From an uncultured Chloroflexia bacterium (lineage in GTDB: Bacteria > Chloroflexota > Dehalococcoidia > UBA2979), in assembly GCA_963728205.1 (NCBI GenBank), contig CAVSIV010000006.1:1664001-1728000 (forward strand): a stretch of 64,000 nucleotides of DNA, written 5' to 3'. A program made the position numbers and the translations under genes. Shown here piece after piece: positions 1 to 7,420 of the stretch (positions within the stretch are counted from its first letter, which is position 1; every line of letters starts with the position of its first letter). The notes below the pieces were generated by a model that saw only the letters and a list, made by a program, of their open reading frames with translations, ran no database searches and was not told the DNA's origin.

Positions 1-26
1 CGGGGTGGGCATGTACCGTCGGCGGC

Positions 27-548
27 GTGACCGACGTGACATGGCGAGACGTGCTCCCGCTCGACGATCAGGCGCTGCTCGCGCAGTGCGAGGTCGATCG
101 CTTTCGCGCGAGCGGGCCGGGCGGGCAGAAGCGCAACAAGACGGACTCGGCGGTGCGCCTGCGCCACCGTCCGAGCGGCCTCGAGGCGCAGGCGTTCGAG
201 TCGCGCTCGCAGCACGAGAACCGCGCGCGGGCGCTGCGGCGGCTGCGGCTGACGATCGCGCTCGCGGCCGGGATGCGGGCGCCGGTAGCGCTCGACGGCT
301 ACGCGCCGCCCCCGGAGCTCGCGGCCGCGACGGCGGGCGTGCTCGGGAAGCGCGACGCGCGCTGGCCGGCTGCCTTCGCGGCGCTGTTCGACCTGCTGGA
401 GGCGCACGCGTGGCGGCTATCGGACGCCGCCCGCGACCTCGCGGTGACCACGGCGGCCGTGAGCCGCCTGCTGGAGCGCGACCCGGTCGTGCTGCGCGCC
501 GCGAACGAGCGCCGCCAGGCGCTCGGTCTGCGCCCGCTGCGCGCGTAG
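27..548 (+). CDS. peptide chain release factor-like protein (RF-1 domain, GGQ)
   Basis: RASGPGGQKRNKTDSAVRLRH motif; GTG start 7 nt after a TACCGT -10-like hexamer. Confidence 0.85.
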   Translation: MTDVTWRDVLPLDDQALLAQCEVDRFRASGPGGQKRNKTDSAVRLRHRPSGLEAQAFESRSQHENRARALRRLRLTIALAAGMRAPVALDGYAPPPELAAATAGVLGKRDARWPAAFAALFDLLEAHAWRLSDAARDLAVTTAAVSRLLERDPVVLRAANERRQALGLRPLRA

Positions 549-679
549 CCCGCGTCCGTCCCGCCGTCGCCGCCTGCCACCCAGGGGCGGCCGGAGGCGT
601 GCCTGCCGCGCTGTCGCTACCACGGAGCGCATATAGTCCCGCCACCACTGTTTGGTCCCACCGGGAGGAAACCGCTCCC

Positions 680-2032
680 ATGGCCGTCAAGCGCCCGATT
701 CGCCCCGCGGCCGTCGCGGCGGGGCCCGTTGCCGCACCCCCGCGACGCGGCGTGCTCGAGACCCTCTGGCGCCGCGAGACCCTCTACTACGGCTACTACA
801 TCGCCTTCGCCGCGCTGGTCGCGCAGTTCGTCTCCGTCGGCAGCCAGAGCTCGGTCTCCGGCACGTTCTTCAAGCCGATGACCGACGACCTCGGCTGGAC
901 CCGTGCCCAGTTCACCTACGCCCAGACCGTCAGCCGGTTCGTCATGGCCGGGGCCGGCTTCTTCATCGGCGTGTACGTCGACCGCTACGGCGGGCGCGTG
1001 CTGATGCTCGTCGGGTCCGTGATCCTCGCGCTGTCGCTGTTCGGCACGAGCCAGGTGCACGAACTGTGGCAGTGGCTGCTGCTGCGCGGGTTCTGCTTCA
1101 CGATCGGCGCGGCGCTGCTCGGCAACCTGGTCGTCAACATCACGCTGTCGAAGTGGTTCGTCGAGCGGCGCGGGCAGGTCATCGGGTTCTCCGCCATGGG
1201 CGTGTCGCTCGCCGGCATGGTGGTCCCGCCCGCGATGACCTGGGTCATCGACAGCGTCGGCTGGCGCACCGCGTGGGACGTGGTCGCGGTCGGCTCGCTG
1301 GTGCTGATCGTCCCGTGCGCGCTCGTGATGCGACGGCAGCCGGAGGATCACGGCCTGCACCCCGACGGGAAGACGGCCGACGAGGTGCGCAACGGCGGCG
1401 CGGCCGCGGCCGACCGGGACTTCGCGAACTCGTTCACGCGCCGCGAGGCCATTCGCACGCCGGCCTTCTACCTCATCGTGACCGCCTTCGGGATGGGCGG
1501 CGTGGGCATCGGCGCGATGCTGCTCCAGACGATCCCGTTCCTCACCGACGAGGGCTTCAGCCGCGGCACGGCGGCGCTGATGTCGACGACGATGTCGTTC
1601 CCGGCGCTGGTCTCGAAGCCCTTCTGGGGCTGGGCGATGGACGTCTGGGAGCCGAAGGTGCTGGCCGCGCTGGGGTTCGTGCTGTCGGGCGCCGCGATGG
1701 TCGTGATCGTGGTGGCGGCGAAGCAGCACGCGATGCTGCCGCTGGTGGCCGGATTCCTCGCGATGGGCTGGGGCTTCGGCGGCCAGATCCCGCTGCAGGA
1801 GACGATCTGGGCGTCGTACTTCGGGCGGCGCTACCTGGGCGCGGTGCGCTCCGTGGCGATGCCGTTCGCGCTCTTCCTGGGTGCGGGCGGGCCGCTGGCG
1901 GTGTCGTTCTACTTCGACGTCGTCGGCAACTACGACGGCGCGTTCTTCGCGGTCGGCGCGATGTGGGTGGCGGCGGCGGCGCTGGTCCTGCTCGTGCGCA
2001 AGCCCGAGCGGCCGGCGGGCCTGCCGGCCTGA
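680..2032 (+). CDS. MFS transporter
   Basis: About 12 hydrophobic helices; motif A-like GVYVDRYGGR; ATG at 680 preceded by GGGAGG. Confidence 0.9.
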   Translation: MAVKRPIRPAAVAAGPVAAPPRRGVLETLWRRETLYYGYYIAFAALVAQFVSVGSQSSVSGTFFKPMTDDLGWTRAQFTYAQTVSRFVMAGAGFFIGVYVDRYGGRVLMLVGSVILALSLFGTSQVHELWQWLLLRGFCFTIGAALLGNLVVNITLSKWFVERRGQVIGFSAMGVSLAGMVVPPAMTWVIDSVGWRTAWDVVAVGSLVLIVPCALVMRRQPEDHGLHPDGKTADEVRNGGAAAADRDFANSFTRREAIRTPAFYLIVTAFGMGGVGIGAMLLQTIPFLTDEGFSRGTAALMSTTMSFPALVSKPFWGWAMDVWEPKVLAALGFVLSGAAMVVIVVAAKQHAMLPLVAGFLAMGWGFGGQIPLQETIWASYFGRRYLGAVRSVAMPFALFLGAGGPLAVSFYFDVVGNYDGAFFAVGAMWVAAAALVLLVRKPERPAGLPA

Positions 2033-2092
2033 AGCGGCAGCACGTCTCCCGCCGCCTGCGAACGGACTGCGGGGCGGGACACGACGCGAGCG

Positions 2093-2335
2093 TTACGCCG
2101 CGGGGGGCTCGAGCACGCCCGCCTCGCGCAACTGCGAGAGGCGGCGCCACTTCGCGTCGGCGTGCGCGATGTCGGACCAGTGAATCAGCAGCGACGTGAA
2201 CTCGTCGCGCGAGGTCTCGACGACGAGTCGCTCGGTGATCTCGCCCGGCAGCTCACCGCGGTGCTCGCGGGTGAGATCGGCGAACCACGGCAGCTTGCCG
2301 AGGACGGACTGGAGCGGTGGGAGTTCCTGTTCCAT
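2093..2335 (-). CDS. hypothetical protein (80 aa)
   Basis: Protein-like composition, fills the gap downstream of clpS. Confidence 0.6.
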   Translation of the reverse strand: MEQELPPLQSVLGKLPWFADLTREHRGELPGEITERLVVETSRDEFTSLLIHWSDIAHADAKWRRLSQLREAGVLEPPAA

Positions 2336-2378
2336 GCCTCGATGGTCGTCACGGATCGGGAATTTCTTGAGCGGCGCG

Positions 2379-2696
2379 CTATCCGCGGCGGATCGTGGCG
2401 GTGAGGCCGTGCTGCTGGAGGCGATCGCGGTAGAGCTCGGCGCGCTCGAGCGGGCACGTGATCACGTCGGCGCGGCCGTGCAGGTGCGCGGTCAGCATGA
2501 TCTCGGCCGCGCGCTCGGTGGACAGCTCGGGGACGCTCACCAGCAGCGCGTGCACGACGTGGTTCATGTCGTTCACGTCGTCGTTCCAGAGCACGACGGT
2601 GTGCGGCGGCAGCGTCTCCTCGAGCGAGCGGGTGCGCTCGCGTGTCTCGACCTCGGGGGCGGGCGGCGGCGGAGGCGGCTGAGGCGGCCGGGTCAC
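2379..2696 (-). CDS. clpS: ATP-dependent Clp protease adaptor ClpS
   Basis: VVLWNDDVNDMNHVV...IMLTAHLHGRADV...AELY motif; GTG start overlaps upstream stop (GTGA). Confidence 0.9.
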   Translation of the reverse strand: MTRPPQPPPPPPAPEVETRERTRSLEETLPPHTVVLWNDDVNDMNHVVHALLVSVPELSTERAAEIMLTAHLHGRADVITCPLERAELYRDRLQQHGLTATIRRG

Positions 2697-3151
2697 AGCT
2701 TCCGGTGGTCCCACGAGCGCACGCGCTCGGGGTGCACGATCACCGTCACGCGCTTGTATGCGGCGGGAGGCGGTTCAGCGCCGGCGACGGGCTCCGGCCG
2801 CGGCCGGTCGCCGTACTTCGCGCCCACGAGCTGCAGCACGCGTGCCGTGCGCTGCGGGTCGCGCACGATCTCCGCCCGCGCGTCGATCGACACGCCGCGC
2901 AACTCGTTGTAGGCGGTCCCGGTCTCGGCGAGCACCGTAATGCGCGGGTCGCGCTCGAGGTTGCGCACCTTCTGCGCGCGGCCGTACGTGGTGAAGGCCA
3001 GGCGGCCGTCGTCGTCGAGCACGAACCACATCGGCACGAGGTGCGGCCGGCCGCTCGGGTTAATCGAGGCGACCTGCAGGATGCGGGCCTCGTCCAGGAT
3101 CTCGCGCTGCTCCGCCTCGCTCAGCTCGATGCGCGAGCGCTGGTTCGTCAT
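2693..3151 (-). CDS. pyridoxamine 5'-phosphate oxidase-like (PPOX class, probably F420-dependent) oxidoreductase
   Basis: ASINPSGRPHLVPMWF...QKVRNLERDPRITV...SWDHRKL. Confidence 0.85.
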   Translation of the reverse strand: MTNQRSRIELSEAEQREILDEARILQVASINPSGRPHLVPMWFVLDDDGRLAFTTYGRAQKVRNLERDPRITVLAETGTAYNELRGVSIDARAEIVRDPQRTARVLQLVGAKYGDRPRPEPVAGAEPPPAAYKRVTVIVHPERVRSWDHRKL

Positions 3152-3303
3152 GGCCTTCGACCCGCCTCTCCGTGGGTGCCGGCCGGGGCGCCGGACCCCC
3201 GCATGGTAGTCGGGCGGCGCCGCGTGGCCGAGCGTGCGCCGCGCCCGGCGGCCGACTGGATCGCGCGGCCGTGGTTCGGTAGCGTTCCGCAGCCACCACG
3301 CGC

Positions 3304-4272
3304 ATGCGACAAGAAGGGCCCACCACCTTGACCTCAATCCGGAGCCGCACACTGTTCGCGGGGGTGCTCCTCGCGACCGCGCTGATCGTCGCCGCCGGCA
3401 TCGCCTCCGCCACCGGTTCGACGCCCCCCGCCGTCATCCACGCCTGCTACAGCACCCACACCGGAGCGCTCAGCATCGCCGATGCCTCCGGGTGCAAGCA
3501 GAACGAGACCGCCATCGACTGGAACCAGGCCGGACCCGCGGGTCGCGACGGCACCACGCTGCTCAGCGGGAGCGGGGCGCCCGCGCCGGCGCTGGGCAAC
3601 GACGGCGACTTCTACCTCGATCTCGACGCCGCGACGCTCTTCGGCCCGAAGGCTGCCGGCGCCTGGCCGGCGAGCGGCGTGAGCCTGGTCGGGCCTGCCG
3701 GTCCGCAGGGCCCCGCCGGTCCGCAGGGCGCGGCCGGCGTGTCCGCGGCCGGCCAGGCGTGCCCGACGGGTGAGTACGTCACCGGCATCAACGGCGACGG
3801 CACGCTGAACTGCGCGGTCGTCGCCGGCAGCGGCGCGACGACGACGTTCTACCGCGACGCCGACGGCGATACCTACGGCGACCCGAGCGCGAGCGCGCAG
3901 GCGTCCACCGCGCCCGCGGGGTACGTGTCGAACGGCGGCGACTGCAACGACGCCGACTCGGCGGTCAACCCGGGAGCGACCGAGGTCGCTGGCAACGGCA
4001 TCGACGACAACTGCAACGGCGTGATCGACGAGGTGCCCGCCACCTACGTCACCTGGTACCAGGACTTCGACGGGGACGGTTACGGCAGCATGATCTTCTC
4101 GATCAGCGCCCCGCTCGATCCCCCGCCGCCCGGCTACACGTTGACGTCCGGCGACTGCGACGACACGAACGCGAGCGTGCATCCCGGTGTGACGGAGATC
4201 ACCGGCAACGGCATCGACGACAACTGCAACGGGATGATCGACGAGGCGCCCATCGTGGACGAGGCTCCGTAG
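3304..4272 (+). CDS. secreted protein with collagen-like segment and two MopE-like putative metal-binding repeats
   Basis: Signal peptide; GPAGPQGPAGPQG; two YxDxDGDxYG...DCxD...(N/H)PGxTE..GNGIDDNCNG units. Confidence 0.8.
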   Translation: MRQEGPTTLTSIRSRTLFAGVLLATALIVAAGIASATGSTPPAVIHACYSTHTGALSIADASGCKQNETAIDWNQAGPAGRDGTTLLSGSGAPAPALGNDGDFYLDLDAATLFGPKAAGAWPASGVSLVGPAGPQGPAGPQGAAGVSAAGQACPTGEYVTGINGDGTLNCAVVAGSGATTTFYRDADGDTYGDPSASAQASTAPAGYVSNGGDCNDADSAVNPGATEVAGNGIDDNCNGVIDEVPATYVTWYQDFDGDGYGSMIFSISAPLDPPPPGYTLTSGDCDDTNASVHPGVTEITGNGIDDNCNGMIDEAPIVDEAP

Positions 4273-4301
4273 CGGCGCGCACGCGCGCCGCTGCGTCGGA
4301 C

Positions 4302-4337
4302 GCGGCCCCGTGCCTCCCGGCACGGGGCCGCTTGCGT
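4302..4337 (+). terminator. intrinsic terminator-like hairpin
   Basis: GCGGCCCCGTGCC-TCCC-GGCACGGGGCCGC followed by TTGCGT after stop 4272. Confidence 0.65.
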
Positions 4338-4443
4338 TGGTGCGCGGCGCGGGTCCACGCGACGCAGCGGGCACATCGCCCGCGGCGGTCCGTCCACGCA
4401 TACTGAGCGTCGCCCCGTCGGCAGTCCGGGAAGGCGTTGCGCG

Positions 4444-5421
4444 TTGCTCCTCGACCTCGTGCTGGTCGTCGTCGGGCTGGCGCTGCTGCTGGGCGGCGCA
4501 TGGCAGCTCGTGCGCGCCGCCGTCGCGGTCTCGCTCATGCTCGGGGTCAGCCGCGTAGTGGTCGGGGCCACCGTCGTCGCGTTCGGCACCTCGGCGCCCG
4601 AGTTCGTCGTGAGCCTGGTGGCGGCGCTGCGCGGTGCGCCCGACATCGCGGTCGGCAACGTGGTGGGGTCGAACGTCGCGAACGTCGCGCTGGTGCTCGG
4701 GGTCGCGGCGGCAATCCGGCCGCTCGCGGTGTCGTACCGGCTGCTGCGCTGGGAGATCCCGGTGCTGGCGGTGGCCACCGCCGCGCTCATCCTGTTCGCC
4801 GAGAACGGGCATGTCGGCCACGCCGAGGGCGGGGTCATGTTCGCCGGTCTGATCGCGTTCGCCGTGCTCTCGCCGCGGCTGTTCCCGGAGCTGGCCGCCG
4901 CCGCCGAGGAAGAGGCGGAGGCGACCGCAGAGGCGGAGCGCGCGGGCCGCCTGCCGGCGCCGACGCTGCGCGCGGTCGCGCGGGAGCTGGGGTGGATGGG
5001 CGCCGGCATCGCCGCGCTCGCGTTCGGGGCGAACGCGGCCGTGGAGGGGGCGTCGTCGCTCGCGAGCGCCGCGGGAATGAGCGAGCTGGCGATTGGCGTC
5101 GTGATCGTCGCGATCGGCACGAGCCTCCCGGAGCTGGCGACGAGCGTCGTGGCGGCCGTGCGCAACGAGGACGAGATCGCGGTGGCGAACGTCGTCGGAT
5201 CGAACATCTTCAATCTGCTCGGGGTGGCGGGCCTGACGGCGGCGGTAGCCGGCCTGCCGGTGCGGCTCGACCTCTACCGCTTCGAGCTGCCGGCGCTGGC
5301 GGCGAGCACGCTGGTGCTCGTCCCGCTGGCATGGCCGCGCTACGAGATCAGTCGGTTCACTGGCGTCGCGCTCGTGGGGGCGTACGTGGCGTTCGTCGCC
5401 GCGACGCTGGCGTGGTCGTAG
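4444..5421 (+). CDS. Ca2+/Na+ antiporter (YrbG/CaCA family)
   Basis: Two alpha repeats: AFGTSAPE..GNVVGSNVAN and AIGTSLPE..ANVVGSNIFN. Confidence 0.92.
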   Translation: MLLDLVLVVVGLALLLGGAWQLVRAAVAVSLMLGVSRVVVGATVVAFGTSAPEFVVSLVAALRGAPDIAVGNVVGSNVANVALVLGVAAAIRPLAVSYRLLRWEIPVLAVATAALILFAENGHVGHAEGGVMFAGLIAFAVLSPRLFPELAAAAEEEAEATAEAERAGRLPAPTLRAVARELGWMGAGIAALAFGANAAVEGASSLASAAGMSELAIGVVIVAIGTSLPELATSVVAAVRNEDEIAVANVVGSNIFNLLGVAGLTAAVAGLPVRLDLYRFELPALAASTLVLVPLAWPRYEISRFTGVALVGAYVAFVAATLAWS

Positions 5422-5437
5422 CCGTTCGCCGGGAGTG

Positions 5438-6199
5438 CTAGATCAACGGCCACGGCACGCAGCGGTAGCCGAACATCTCGGGGAGCACCGGGTGCGCGAG
5501 CAGGTCCGCGCACCGGCTCGCGAGCGCCGACACTTCGCGACGGGTGAGGCAGTCGCGCAGCGGCGCGGCGGGGGCGCCGTCGACGAGACAGTCGGCGGCG
5601 CGGCGCACGTCGCGCAGCCACGCCCGCGGGAGGCGCGTGCCGGCGTAGTCCCACACGACCGTTCGCACCTTCTGCTCCTCGTGGAAGCAGAGGCCGTTGT
5701 CGATGCCCCAGACGTGGCCGTCCGGGTCGAGCAGCAGGTGGCCGCCCTTGCGGTCGGCGTTGTTCGCGATCAGGTCGAAGGCCGCGAAGCGCACCAGCTG
5801 GTCGTCGAAGTCGTCGCGGTCGCGCAGCTCGAAGTAGTGCTCCGCCGGGTCGTGCTCGATGAACAGCTGCAGCGAGCCGGGGCCGTGCGGGCCGTCGACC
5901 TCGACGGTGGGCGGGACGAGGTCCCAGCCGAGCAGCAGCGCGAGCTCGTAGGCGGCGATCTCGCGCCGGTAGAGGTCGCCGGGGAAATCCCACAGCGGGC
6001 GCTCGCCGCGGCCGGGCTTGTAGACGCCGAGACCGGCGCCCGCCTCCGGGTGCTCGAGCTCGGCGATGAAGACGTAGTTGGACGAGTCGTAGACGAGGTG
6101 CAGCTCGCCGATGGCGGCGGTGCGCAGGGCGTCGACGACCGACGGGTCGCCGGGGCGCCAGTCGTTGGTGATGGTGCCGTCGGCGCCGATGGCGGTCAT
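5438..6199 (-). CDS. SCO1664 family kinase-like protein
   Basis: VYKPGRGERPLWDFP, LYRREIAAY, NADRKGGH, WGIDNGLCF motifs. Confidence 0.88.
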   Translation of the reverse strand: MTAIGADGTITNDWRPGDPSVVDALRTAAIGELHLVYDSSNYVFIAELEHPEAGAGLGVYKPGRGERPLWDFPGDLYRREIAAYELALLLGWDLVPPTVEVDGPHGPGSLQLFIEHDPAEHYFELRDRDDFDDQLVRFAAFDLIANNADRKGGHLLLDPDGHVWGIDNGLCFHEEQKVRTVVWDYAGTRLPRAWLRDVRRAADCLVDGAPAAPLRDCLTRREVSALASRCADLLAHPVLPEMFGYRCVPWPLI

Positions 6200-6235
6200 G
6201 CGCCTCGTCCTCCGGGAGCCGCGGTGACTTCGATT

Positions 6236-6354
6236 GTAGCCGCACGACTCCCGTCAAAGCGGCGGCAGACATGCCGCCGACAGAGCGCGGCCTCATGGGC
6301 CGCGTTGGCATCGGCGGCGTATCTGCCGCCGCTTGACGGGAGTCGTGCGGCTAC
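6236..6354. repeat. REPIN family A copy 1 (inverted REP doublet) with extended arms
   Basis: AAGCGGCGGCAGACATGCCGCCGA...TCGGCGGCGTATCTGCCGCCGCTT; arms extend to GTAGCCGCACGACTCCCGTCA / TGACGGGAGTCGTGCGGCTAC. Confidence 0.9.
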
Positions 6355-7190
6355 TCCTTCGGGGGCGGCGGGCCCGTCACGACCTCGCGCGCGGTGACGC
6401 CGAGGCCGGCGCGCATCGCGCACGTGTGCATCATCAGCGTCGCGACCGGGGGGAGCGCCGCGTCGACGGCGGCGTGCGCCCGGGCGACGGCGTCGTCGTC
6501 GAGGCCGGCGCGGCGCAGTGCGTCGGCGTCGGCGGCGAGCGGCTGCGCGAGGAAGCGCGCGCCCGAGCGCGCGTAGAAGTAGAGCGCGCGGCCGCGGCGC
6601 CGGAAGTCGGGGTAGGCGACGAGGTGCTGCAGCTCGGCCCACGCCGGCTCGAGGTAGCGCGGCCAGGTCGCGACGGCGCGATAGACCTCGGGGGGCTCGC
6701 GCAGCCGCAGCGCCTCCGCGATCTCCGGCAGCGGCGGGCGGTCCGGCGGCGCGAGGGGGATCGCGGTCGCGAGGTGCGCGTCGTCGCGCTCGGTCCGCGC
6801 CCGCGGCTCGGCGCGCCCCTGCCCGCCGACGCTCGCGCGGTCCTTCGCCTCCGCGAGGGCGGCGAGGAGCAGCAGGAGCTGCGGGTGCGTCCAGTGGAAG
6901 ACGTCGAGCACGGCCTCGACCTGCGCCATGTCGTCGCCGTCGAGCCCGCCGGCCTGCAGCGAGTCGCGCGAGAGTACCGGCTCGTAGACGGCCTCGACGG
7001 CGTCGAGCGCCATGTCCGTCATGTAGAGCGCGCTGCCGAGGAATCCCGCGGTGTCGACCGACGGCGCGAGCTGCGGCCACACGCACTCGAGGAAGCCGTC
7101 GACGGCTCCGAGGTCGCGCACGGCGCCGGGGACGAAGGGGATGCGCAGCGAGCGCGCGATCTCGTCGAGCAGGGAGTCGGGTGCCGGCAT
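6351..7190 (-). CDS. DehI-like (group I haloacid dehalogenase fold) protein
   Basis: Internal duplication EIARSLRIPFV..FLECVWPQL / EIAEALRL..YRAVATWPRYLEPAWAEL as in the DehI family. Confidence 0.6.
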   Translation of the reverse strand: MPAPDSLLDEIARSLRIPFVPGAVRDLGAVDGFLECVWPQLAPSVDTAGFLGSALYMTDMALDAVEAVYEPVLSRDSLQAGGLDGDDMAQVEAVLDVFHWTHPQLLLLLAALAEAKDRASVGGQGRAEPRARTERDDAHLATAIPLAPPDRPPLPEIAEALRLREPPEVYRAVATWPRYLEPAWAELQHLVAYPDFRRRGRALYFYARSGARFLAQPLAADADALRRAGLDDDAVARAHAAVDAALPPVATLMMHTCAMRAGLGVTAREVVTGPPPPKE

Positions 7191-7420
7191 GCGCGGAGGA
7201 TAGCGCCTCGGTGCGGGCGGACCGGCTGCAGCGCCGGCCCGACGCGCGACTCCCGTCGTTCCCGCGCGCCGTCGGTGGCACGCCCGCCCCGGTCGTGTAC
7301 GGGCGAGCGCCCGCGCGTCTCCGGGGCGAGACCGGCAATTCACTGGTACCCCTGCCCCGCCGTGCGCGCTGCTCCTTAGCGTGATCCCCGTCGCGAGACC
7401 AGGGCCGGTGGGAAGGACGC

